Under the pieces are notes generated by a model. That model was not told the DNA's origin and made no database searches. It saw only the letters and a program-made list of their open reading frames with translations. 64,000 bases of DNA from an uncultured Alphaproteobacteria bacterium (GTDB taxonomy: Bacteria; Pseudomonadota; Alphaproteobacteria; Micropepsales; Micropepsaceae): the NCBI GenBank assembly GCA_963741735.1, contig CAVUJB010000004.1:167684-231683 (forward strand). The letters are read 5' to 3'. Of the stretch, positions 19,817 to 28,433 are shown in pieces. Position 1 is the first letter of the stretch; each line of letters opens with the position of its first letter. The position numbers and the translations under genes were made by a program.

Positions 19817-20584
19817 CTAAATCATCTCCCATGTGAGCACCCGCTTGTGCGTCTCATCGGTCATGACGAGCCTGATTATGTAAGGCGGCTTCTTCTGGAG
19901 CCAAAAGCGCATTGTGTAATTTCCGGGCTTGGCACTGTCGACGACCCACGCCTTCACTACTCCTCGGGCGCCGGCAGACACCATTTCCCGCCTAAGCACC
20001 TCAAAAGGCTCTCTGGTTAGCGTGCCGTCGTCTTCGGCAACCGCCGGCAATGTGCCTCTCAGCCCTACCTTGAGAGGAAGGGAAGCAAGCAGGATTCCAT
20101 ACATGCCCCCATTGAAATCGTACACCGCCTGCGGAAGATCGACCGCGTCCGGCGTCTTGTCGTCCTTGGCGTTCGCGAGCGTGACCGAGGTCACATGCGT
20201 ACCGTCGAAAGTACGCTTGAAAATTGTTCCGTCTATGCGATGTGCCTCGGATTTGACGGGAGCCAGAGTCTTCGGATCGAAAATGTTGATGAGAACATCT
20301 GACACGCCAGAAATGTAGCTTGTTCCCTGGACCCGCAGCATCTCCTGCTTGCCGTCAACGACGGTCCATTGCATATGGTCGCTCCAGATCCCCTGGGGGG
20401 AGACGCGGCCATCGCTCAGTTTGGCGCTGTAGAACCAAGCATTATCGTACGGCTTCAAGAAGGACCCATCGAGCGTTCCATCTCCGACGCGAACTGTCAA
20501 AGTTGGCGCTCGGCCGGTACCGGCGGCGCAAGGCGTCTGCAATGCGCAAAAAAATATGATCGCGGTCGTGAGTTGGATTCGCAC
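19817..20584 (-). CDS. secreted protein of unknown function, paralog 3 of 3
   Basis: Preferred start GTG 20584 (GGGGGA 5 nt upstream; signal VRIQLTTAIIFFCALQTPCAA); the ORF track extends to 20647. Blocks: RVGDGTLDGSFLKPYDNAW, GIWSDH, FDPKTLAPV, KAWVVD, FWLQKKPPYIIRL. Confidence 0.75.
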   Translation of the reverse strand: MRIQLTTAIIFFCALQTPCAAGTGRAPTLTVRVGDGTLDGSFLKPYDNAWFYSAKLSDGRVSPQGIWSDHMQWTVVDGKQEMLRVQGTSYISGVSDVLINIFDPKTLAPVKSEAHRIDGTIFKRTFDGTHVTSVTLANAKDDKTPDAVDLPQAVYDFNGGMYGILLASLPLKVGLRGTLPAVAEDDGTLTREPFEVLRREMVSAGARGVVKAWVVDSAKPGNYTMRFWLQKKPPYIIRLVMTDETHKRVLTWEMI

Positions 20585-21121
20585 CTCGCTCCCCCTGCGC
20601 GTTAGCTCACCTGCAAGAAACCCGACACCGATTGTCGAGCTATGCATTTCCCGCGATGGGATGCCAGCAGACCGACGTCGTACTCGCGCGGAAGTGAACG
20701 CTCTCCTGCGATGGAGGCGACAAAGTGGTCATTCCCGACGTCGAAAAAATGGATATCCATTCGGACCCGGCGGCTACTTTGCCGCCTGCGTTCTAGGGCC
20801 GGGTTGCTCGAAATTCTGGGTCATTCATATGCCGCTTACAGAGGTTCGGCATCATCAGCTTGCGAGCGTGTATTCGGGTCAAGGGAGCGCACGCCCAAAG
20901 GCGTGCAAATGCGTCCACAAGCGATTGCTGGTCTGCATTCAGGCGCGACGAATAACTCTCGCGGAACCGCTTCGCCTGCTTCGTGAGCCGATGCAAACTG
21001 CGACGGCTTCGATTGTTTCGCATCATGACAGTCTCGACGGCGATATCGAGCACATACAAAAGGGACCAGCGACTTGCGCCGATGAAATTCCCTTCGTGTT
21101 CTGGTTCATGTTTCCAGCGAA

Positions 21122-21397
21122 TTATTCCCGAAAAGGAATGTTCGAACCTCGAAGAACAGAGAAAGCCCAGAAGCCGCGCGGCCGGTAGCAGCGGACGAGC
21201 CGCGCGGGCGCAAATGCATGGCTACAGTCAGCCTGTTCTAATGCTGTGCTGTAACCATGCAGATCCATGCAATGCACGATCTCAGCGTCCGATTGGGCGT
21301 GAACCGAGCACGCAGCGAGTTGCTGACTTTTGTGCGACGCGCATGCCATTAAAGGCAGACACAGTGCAGCAACGACAACTCCGCCATGCAAACTCAT
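21122..21397 (-). CDS. possible small lipoprotein
   Basis: 91-aa ORF with signal plus lipobox-like VVVAALCLPLMAC. It sits in a stretch with poor coding signal, so this is weak. Confidence 0.3.
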   Translation of the reverse strand: MSLHGGVVVAALCLPLMACASHKSQQLAACSVHAQSDAEIVHCMDLHGYSTALEQADCSHAFAPARLVRCYRPRGFWAFSVLRGSNIPFRE

Positions 21398-21912
21398 TGT
21401 CGCGCACGTTGCTCCGTTGTCGATCTGCTCGTTTTACTCAAGGGTAAGGCCCATCGAACTCGATGCCTCCGTGCTCAATCGCCAAGTGAACCTCATTTCG
21501 GCGACATGATGAGCCACTCAACCAATGAAGTCCGGATCAATAAAGCCAACAACGACAACGAACAATAGCACCAACACAATCAGCCAGAAAACCAACGATG
21601 CAAGCCAACGTTGCGGCGTCGGCTCGAGTTCAGGAAGCCGGTTCCGCCGCGTTCTCCCGGTCACCCGACTGCTCTTGGTCCTGGACGCGCGTCATGCGCT
21701 AACAAGCGATCGATAGACTGCACGACGCCACCACATAAGTGCCAACAAGTTCGAAGCCGATCAGTATCGCAAGCCAAAAGAAGATCATCGGGGAGCGTCG
21801 CTGAAGCGGCTGCGGTTGCTCCATTTTGAGTTTGTCGGTGCCTGCTAACTTGCTGCCTCCGTGGAGATGTCTTCGCGAATGATCTTGATGGCCATCGGTC
21901 AGACACCGCCTT

Positions 21913-22377
21913 CTAGAGCCCGGAACGAAGATGGACGACAATTTCGCTCGATCCGGATGCGACGCTGAACTTTGCTGCATCGAAGTTCGGTTGATCGAGC
22001 AGGGGGAGAGCATCGTTGGAAAAGCCGAAGGGCTCCTCGGGCAAGCCGAGCTTGCTGGTCAGGAATGTGCCCGTCCGATGGACATCTTGAAACATCTTGA
22101 CCGCATAGATGCCAAACGGGACACCCGACAATTTGACGATTGTCTCCGGGGATCGCGCCTCGACTTCGGTGGCGAGTACTGGTTTCTGGCCGTGGCCGGC
22201 ATAGGTTGCGCGATCATAAAGCGCGACGCGGACCAGACCTCCGTTGCTCGAGACGTTCTCAATCCTAATTATCAACGTTGACGCTTCCCGCTCGGCTGCT
22301 TTGACGGGAAGCGAACCGCAGACAAGCGAGCAGCAAAGCAGGATCGCTGCTTTAGCGTTCAAAAGTGGCTTCGGCAT
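21913..22377 (-). CDS. DUF2141 domain-containing secreted protein
   Basis: Signal peptide. GGLVRVALYD...GIYAVKMFQDVHRTGTFLTSKLGLPEEPFGFSND matches the DUF2141 signature (..D.N..g.ld.n.lG.P.E.yGFSN). Confidence 0.8.
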   Translation of the reverse strand: MPKPLLNAKAAILLCCSLVCGSLPVKAAEREASTLIIRIENVSSNGGLVRVALYDRATYAGHGQKPVLATEVEARSPETIVKLSGVPFGIYAVKMFQDVHRTGTFLTSKLGLPEEPFGFSNDALPLLDQPNFDAAKFSVASGSSEIVVHLRSGL

Positions 22378-22561
22378 TTTCTATTGCTCTTGATCTGGCG
22401 TCCCACTGCGCGGCCAGCGGCACGTCATCGGCATTTGCCAGACGAATTGTATCGAATTGTCGTCAGCGATCTGGTAACGTCAAATTAAAATCTCCCAACA
22501 ACGGCGTGCGCATTTAGGAATTGGGAGAAAGAACCAGTTATCGCGAGAATGGCCAGGTAAA

Positions 22562-22792
22562 ATGCGGACTAAACGCTCTTCGAAGCTGAGGATCCCGGAA
22601 GTTCGAACGGTCGAAAAGATCGCCGCACGCTGGCGCGTCGAGTACGGCGAAAATGTCGGATGGTACCTTTCGGCCAAGATTAGACAGCTTGAGTATTGGG
22701 GCGACGCGGACGGGGCCCTCAGATATGAGCGCGTGCTCACGCTCGTTCATGCAACGTCTGTCAAACCGTCTCGGAATCCGAATCCGGCGTAG
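22562..22792 (+). CDS. hypothetical small protein
   Basis: 76-aa ORF with a helical-looking sequence (AARWRVEYGENVGWYLSAKIRQLEYWGDADGALRYERVL). No domain or RBS recognised. Confidence 0.3.
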   Translation: MRTKRSSKLRIPEVRTVEKIAARWRVEYGENVGWYLSAKIRQLEYWGDADGALRYERVLTLVHATSVKPSRNPNPA

Positions 22793-22881
22793 ACTAGGGT
22801 TCTGTCGTCGCTCTCAGAATGCCAACACCCCGAGGCGCCCGTAATCGTTGAGCATGCGATAGGGCCGCCAGTCACCTGTCA

Positions 22882-23967
22882 TCACTCAGTGGAGAACACC
22901 GCGATTCTGGGAGCGACAAATAGGCTCGCATAGCCGACGAAGATTTGGTGCGAGGCCGGATCAACCGCTAGCGTATGGGCTCCAAAATGGGTCGATATGC
23001 GATCGATGACCCGGTAGGAATTCTCATTTTCTTGTTGAACTATCGTTAGCGCTCCATCCAAGCCGGTTGAATATATTCGATGGAGAACCGGATCAAGCGC
23101 CACCGAGTCGGCGCCCGAACCGATCTCCAGCGATGCAATGATCTTCTGATCATCCAGGTCGAAAACGATCATCATCGAATTTCGCGAGCAGACCGAGAAA
23201 AGGCGACGAGACTGGCCGTCGATCGCGACGCCGGTTGGTCCCTGACACGGAAAGATCGACCACCGACCGACAACTGTCCGCTTCACAAGATCAATTGCGA
23301 CCAGCGCGTTTGTATCTTCGATGTTCTGGTACAGCAGACCAGATTTTGGGTCCATCGCGGCAAATTCTGGCTTTCCCTCCAACTTGATTGTCGCAACCAC
23401 CGCTCCCCTTTCCGGATCAATCAGCGTGGCGGTACGTGCGTCCCCGCTCGCCACATAGACAATGCTGCTCCGTCGGTCATAGAGGATCGCGTCGGGATCT
23501 TCTGCGACGCGAATACGACCAAGCGGCTTCAGATTGGACGGGTCGAATATGTCCACGCTGTCTTCACCGCTTCTCGTCACAAACGCGACCTTAAGAGACG
23601 GCACCAATGCAACGCCATGAACACGAGGCTCGCCTCGCCATTCAGAGACCTTGCTGTTGCTCAGCGGCCGACTGGGATCGAGTGCGATTTTGAACACGCT
23701 GCCCGACGAAGCACCCGTTACGAACAACGTTCGATCAACGAGCGTCAAATAGTCGAGAACATTGAGCGCCCCATGCCGAGGTAGCAAAATGTAGCCATCA
23801 AAACGGGCGTACCGCGATGAGGAGGGTTCGCCAGGATAGGCCAGATACCCCAGTGCGATTGCGAGCAACGTCGCAAGCGCGAGTCCAACTGCGAAAAGTA
23901 CTCGCATAACGACGCGGAACGCCGATGACGGCTTCAAGTGTGGCTTGTTGGGTGACATTTCGCTCAA
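22882..23967 (-). CDS. membrane-anchored YVTN/YncE-like beta-propeller repeat protein
   Basis: N-terminal TM (VVMRVLFAVGLALATLLAIALGYL) followed by repeated ~40-aa units (..VYVASGDARTATLIDPERGAVVATI.., ..LFSVCSRNSMMIVFDLDDQKIIASL.., ..IYSTGLDGALTIV..). Its ATG overlaps the stop of 23964..24686 (ATGA). Confidence 0.75.
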   Translation of the reverse strand: MSEMSPNKPHLKPSSAFRVVMRVLFAVGLALATLLAIALGYLAYPGEPSSSRYARFDGYILLPRHGALNVLDYLTLVDRTLFVTGASSGSVFKIALDPSRPLSNSKVSEWRGEPRVHGVALVPSLKVAFVTRSGEDSVDIFDPSNLKPLGRIRVAEDPDAILYDRRSSIVYVASGDARTATLIDPERGAVVATIKLEGKPEFAAMDPKSGLLYQNIEDTNALVAIDLVKRTVVGRWSIFPCQGPTGVAIDGQSRRLFSVCSRNSMMIVFDLDDQKIIASLEIGSGADSVALDPVLHRIYSTGLDGALTIVQQENENSYRVIDRISTHFGAHTLAVDPASHQIFVGYASLFVAPRIAVFSTE

Positions 23968-24686
23968 ACCCGTGAAGCGTTGAAATTGGAGGTCATGTTC
24001 CTAGTTTGTCGAGTGGGAAGCTCGATGACCACCTTCAGGCCCGGGCCATTGTCTTCGAGCGTGAGAGAGGCATTGTGATAGGCTGCGATTGCAGCGGTGA
24101 GCGACAGGCCCAAGCCGGCTCCAGGCCGCGAACGGGCGCTCTCTAGCCGATAGAACCGACGCAATACCTTCTCGCGCTCGCCGACCGGCACTCCCGGTCC
24201 CGTGTCACTCACAATTGCTACCGGATTACCTGCCAACGTCTTCAGTTCAACCAAAATCAATGTTCCCTTTGGTGTGTGCGCCATGGCGTTTTCGATCAGG
24301 TTCGCGAGCATTTGCATCAGAAGCTCGCGATCTCCTTGCACCACAATCGATGGGTCGACCGAAGCTTTCAAAATGTATCCCGTATCTTCGGCAGCCGGTT
24401 GGTACACCTCCACAAGCTGTTCGAGAAGGGCAGATAGGCTAAGGTCCGATAAGGCTGGATGATCGGATCGACCCTCGATTTGTCCAATGCGAAGAAGTGC
24501 AGAAAAGACAGACAGGATATTGTCACTGTCGGAAATCGCGCGATCAACGGCGCTGGCATAGGTGCTCGCAAGAACGTGTCCTTGCTCTCCGCTCCGCGCG
24601 CGTTCGACCGAATGTCCCTCCTTGCGCAGGGAGCGGGCTACGTAGTTGGCCGTTTCATCGTCGTCTTCAATCAGCAAGATCTTCAA
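23964..24686 (-). pseudogene. in-frame chimera: 5' end of an OmpR-type response regulator fused to the 3' (HATPase) part of a sensor histidine kinase
   Basis: Residues 1-43 (MKILLIEDDDETANYVARSLRKEGHSVERARSGEQGHVLASTY) are a receiver-domain N-terminus that stops before the phospho-acceptor Asp. The rest starts after the H-box. It carries the N box (LANLIENAMAHTP), G1 (VSDTGPGVP) and G2 (GAGLGLSL). The receiver Asp, DNA-binding domain, sensor/TM region and phospho-His are all absent. Junction near 24555. Confidence 0.7.
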
Positions 24687-24847
24687 GACCGTTGAACCTC
24701 GGGTCTATCCGATGACCAGTTTATAGTAGCGCCATCATCCCATTCGGCGAATACATTGGCAAAAGACAATCGATGCGGCCACGTGCTTCGAAGCCAACGC
24801 GTGCTATGCGTTCGCCTGAGCCGGGGATAATCAACTCAGAGGCTGAA

Positions 24848-25162
24848 ATGCGAAAGATAATTTATACTTTAGCGGCGATGGGCTTTGCGGGCGCTGTCAT
24901 TTATCCGGGTGCAGCACTTGCCTGGACGGGAGAGAAATACGCTCCGCAGGCAACAATCACCATGGAGCAGGCTACCGCTATTGCTCTCAAGGAACGCCCG
25001 GGAACTGTCACTGACCGCGAACTTGAACGCGAACACGGCGGCAGCGGCCTTCGCTATTCCTTCGACATCAAAGGTACTGACGGCGTCGTCTATGAAGTCG
25101 GCGTCGACGCCAAAACTGGCAAAGTGCTTGAAGATTCGAAGGAAGGCCCGAATCCCGACTAA
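24848..25162 (+). CDS. PepSY domain-containing periplasmic protein
   Basis: Start ATG 24848 with a signal peptide. TMEQATAIALKERPGTVTDRELEREHGGSGLRYSFDIKGTDGVVYEVGVDAKTGKVL is the PepSY pattern. Confidence 0.8.
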   Translation: MRKIIYTLAAMGFAGAVIYPGAALAWTGEKYAPQATITMEQATAIALKERPGTVTDRELEREHGGSGLRYSFDIKGTDGVVYEVGVDAKTGKVLEDSKEGPNPD

Positions 25163-25404
25163 TGAAGTACTGCCGCCCTCTGAGCCGCTGAGTCGGCCCG
25201 GAGGGCGGCATGGCCTTCGCGGGGTCGAGTCACCGCTGCGTTCACGAGTCTGTGAATTTGGTGGAACGATTCGGCGCCGAACCGCTGAGTCATCTTCTGA
25301 GCCCATGACTCCGCTTCTTTTAACTTATGACCTAGTCCGAAGCATGCCAGCAGCTATTGATCGATCGCACCACTCGGGGTCAAGGAACCAGCGAAGGCGA
25401 TCTC

Positions 25405-26203
25405 ATGAACCATGAAGGAACGACCGCGTCATCGGCCTCAGCGTCGGCAGTCTTGAGCAAGGTCCCAGCAGTCACACTGGGATTTTGGATCATCAAGATA
25501 CTTGCCACTACGCTGGGCGAGACCGGCGGCGACGCCGTGTCAATGACGATGAATTTGGGATATCTGACGAGCACGGCAATTTTTTTGTCGCTGCTGGCAG
25601 CGTTGGTGGTTCTGCAGATCGTGGCCAAGAAGTTTCACCCATTCCTGTACTGGGCAACGATCATTGCCTCGACGACCGCCGGCACGACGATGGCTGACTT
25701 CGCCGACCGTTCCCTCGGGATCGGATACACGGGCGGTTCGTCGGTGTTGTTTCATCTGCGTGATGGCTGTTCTCGGCCTGTGGTATTGGTCGCAGGGAAC
25801 CATCGCCGTCGAAACGGTCAGCAAGCCCAAGGTCGAAGCCTTCTACTGGGCAACGATCACATTCTCCCAAACCCTCGGAACGGCGTTGGGCGACTGGATG
25901 GCGGACACATCGGGACTCGGGTTTTTCGGGGCTGCGCTTGTTTTCACGGCGGCATTGGCAGTCGTTGCTGCGCTCTACTATCGGACCGGTGTATCTCGCG
26001 TACTGCTGTTCTGGGCGGCGTTCATCTTGACCCGACCACTCGGAGCTACGGTCGGAGACTTCCTGGATAAACCGCTGGACCATGGCGGGCTCAACTTCAG
26101 TCGCCCGCTGGCGACGGCCATCATCGCGGTCTTGATCGTCGCCGGCATCGTTTTCATTCCGCAGCGTCCAGGGCTGCATCCGGAGGCGGCGAGGGCAGCG
26201 TGA
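25405..26203 (+). pseudogene. COG4705-type membrane-anchored protein, frameshifted (or 1-nt assembly error)
   Basis: N-terminal part in frame 1 (MNHEG...KVPAVTLGFWIIKILATTLGETGGDAVSMT...GYTGGSSVLF). The continuation is in frame 2 (ICVMAVLGLWYWSQGTIAVE...FILTRPLGATVGDFLDKP...). Deleting one T from TTT at 25750-25752 restores a single 266-codon ORF. Span length is 3n+1. Confidence 0.75.
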
Positions 26204-26335
26204 GCCCGTCCCCGCGCGTCAATCTCGGAGAACCATCCGCCACAGTTTGCGACAACTTTCGCGGTTATAGCGACACTCTCGGGACGTAGCCCTGAGATCG
26301 TATGAGTGGGGGGCCACATCAATGAAGGTCACCCT

Positions 26336-26890
26336 ATGCCCAATTACAAGTTGATCGTCCCGGCTGTTGCCGTTGTAGTTCTGGGAGCAACGATTGCAGT
26401 GGCCGAGGTCGTCCGTGACCGACACGATCATGGCGGTCGGTTCGACGACGCGGACTCCGGGGCGTGGCGCCAGGAAATGTGCGCAGACCGATATGCGCAC
26501 GATGTCGGCAGGATCGCCTATCTGGAGTCCCGCCTCGCACTGTCGGACGCCCAGCGTCCTGCGTTTGAAACCTGGAAGTCGGCGGTCCTAGCGGCAGCAA
26601 ATTCCCAGAAGGACAACTGTGCGGCGCATACTGCGGACGCCGGGCATCCGCCGACAATTCTGGACCGCGAAGCGAGACAAGAGCTGATGCTCAAGGCGCG
26701 GCTGGCCGCACTCGACGCGGAGCTACCAAGCCTGAAATCGCTCTATCAAGTTCTGACGCCGGAACAGAAGGCCGTGTTCGACCGACCGAGACACGGACAC
26801 GAAGGACATGACCGCCGTGGCGAAGACGGCTGGGGTCACCATGACCACAATTCACCGGACGACGGTTCAAGGGCCGATCACGACGACTAG
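26336..26890 (+). CDS. Spy/CpxP-family (LTxxQ) periplasmic protein with His-rich termini
   Basis: Start ATG 26336 with an N-terminal hydrophobic segment. Two LTxxQ-type motifs (LSDAQRPAF, LTPEQKAVF). His/Asp-rich stretches DRHDHGG and RHGHEGHDRRGEDGWGHHDHN. Confidence 0.7.
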   Translation: MPNYKLIVPAVAVVVLGATIAVAEVVRDRHDHGGRFDDADSGAWRQEMCADRYAHDVGRIAYLESRLALSDAQRPAFETWKSAVLAAANSQKDNCAAHTADAGHPPTILDREARQELMLKARLAALDAELPSLKSLYQVLTPEQKAVFDRPRHGHEGHDRRGEDGWGHHDHNSPDDGSRADHDD

Positions 26891-26899
26891 GCGCGGGGG

Positions 26900-27330
26900 C
26901 GGCCTCTCGGACGTGACCGGATGGCCGCCGCCGATACACATCGTCTAGAGACGATAGCGGCCATCGCGCCGAACGAGTTCGCATGTCAGATTCGCAAAAT
27001 CCGGCCGCCGGTCCCACCGGTCGGGTGGCCGAGTGAAATCCCCGAGCCGTTGACGTTCAGGATGCCCATGCGGCTGGGATCGGAGCCGCCCAGGAATGAC
27101 ACCAGGCGATGGGCTCCAACCCGAGCTCTTCCCGCTTGTGCTCGGCAACGACGTGACAGGCGGCGCCATCGTTCTGCTGGCGCGCGTTGCCCGCAGTGAC
27201 GACGGCGCCCATCACACGTCTCGCCAGCATTCCGCGCCGTGCGCCGTATTTGCGGTCGCGCGCGGAATCTCCAGAGACGGTCGCGCGTTCAGAACAGGGA
27301 AAATCCGCGCCCTATTCGCCGCGATCTCCA
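26900..27330 (-). pseudogene. degraded thiolase (acetyl-CoA C-acyltransferase) C-terminal remnant
   Basis: Minus-strand translation, switching frames, gives the C-terminal thiolase motifs in correct order. They are GAVVTAGNA..NDGAA, ELGLEPIAW, GGSDPSRMGI, NVNGSGISLGHPTGGTGGRIL, LTCELVRRDGRYRL and TMCIGGGH. At least 3 frameshifts or deletions are present, and the N-terminal catalytic-Cys half is missing. Confidence 0.7.
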
Positions 27331-27494
27331 CGGAGTGGTTGCGCGGAAACCTCACTCATTTGAAGAAGGCAAAAGAAGATCACCAAGACGAAAATTGCAC
27401 AAAGGCCGTGTGGAATATATCGGGTCGATCACAAATCGATTGTTACTGATCCTGATCAATCGGCCGCTCGGTGCGCGGCTTAGCCTCTTTTCGC

Positions 27495-27715
27495 ATGAGG
27501 GATTATCGGGCGCGCTTTTTGAACCACAACGGCGACGTGTTTAACGCCGCCATTTTAGGGCCGAGCATGACGACGCGGCCATTTCACATGCGCGAAGAGT
27601 GTTCCGCTCCGGTATCGGCAAGGGATTTGAGATTTGGCATGATGATCGGCTCTTGCATTCAGAGGCACTCAATTATCCGAATGTGGAAGTTGAACGCCAT
27701 GGTGGGGAAGACTGA
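27495..27715 (+). pseudogene. small conserved hypothetical protein (MRDYRA... family), frameshifted (or 1-nt assembly error)
   Basis: MRDYRARFLNHNGDVFNAA in frame 0 continues sensibly only in frame -1 (HFRAEHDDAAISHARRVFRSGIGKGFEIWHDDRLLHSEA..., stop 27713-27715). One C appears to be missing from the CC run at 27550-27551. Span length is 3n+2. An intact paralog is at 42211..42405. Confidence 0.55.
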
Positions 27716-27744
27716 GAATTGGGGGCGTTAGTCCGGAGGCTGAA

Positions 27745-28014
27745 GTGGAAGCATTATTCGGGTTTTTGTTCGCAGGGATAATCGTTGTCTGCACTTGGGC
27801 GTGGCTAAGAACCTCTAAAGTCTACAAGAGCGACGTGACCGCCGCGTACAACGCTTATGAGGCGACATCGGACCAAGGCGTGGCCGGCCTTAACGAGCTG
27901 CGAGATCGCGAGGTCTCACGCCTCTTGTGGAGCAGGATAGGAACCTGCGTTCTTTACGCCCCACTAGGAGCCATCGGGGGGTTCTTTGCATGGGCGATCT
28001 GGCGGTTCATTTGA
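27745..28014 (+). CDS. hypothetical small membrane protein
   Basis: GTG start, 89 aa, two hydrophobic helices (FGFLFAGIIVVCTWAWL; VLYAPLGAIGGFFAWAIW). Confidence 0.4.
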   Translation: MEALFGFLFAGIIVVCTWAWLRTSKVYKSDVTAAYNAYEATSDQGVAGLNELRDREVSRLLWSRIGTCVLYAPLGAIGGFFAWAIWRFI

Positions 28015-28433
28015 GGCGCTCAAAAATCCACTGCCGGCGAAACCAAAGAAAGGACGTCACGCGGTCCTCGACCATTCGAAGGTAGAGCGCAAAGTTGCGC
28101 TCGACGGAATGAGCCGTCTCCTATTGAAATTGTCGACCTGCGCCATGCGCGGCTGTTGACATACGTCAAAGTCGAAGAGCCCAGCTCCACGAAATTAGTC
28201 GCGATATTGCTGGGGAGTTTCACAGTGAATCCGATTTCGCTCACGCTTGCTTCGCTCGTCGTTCTGGCAGCAGCATCGCCTGCCGCCGCTGAGGGATACT
28301 GGAAGCTCGACCGTAAAGAGTTCTCCACCGATACCGGGACGCTGGAATGGCTTGGCCAGGGAGGCGAGACGAAATTAGGGGCGCCTATGGCGAAAGCCGT
28401 CGATATCTGGCCGACGATCACGATGACGATTGG

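Noticed and set aside
20556-21188. 210-aa plus-strand ORF and 88-aa minus-strand ORF (20793..21059) in the low-coding stretch
   Set aside because: No motifs, no RBS, and Arg/Ser-rich composition. There is not enough evidence to call either a gene.
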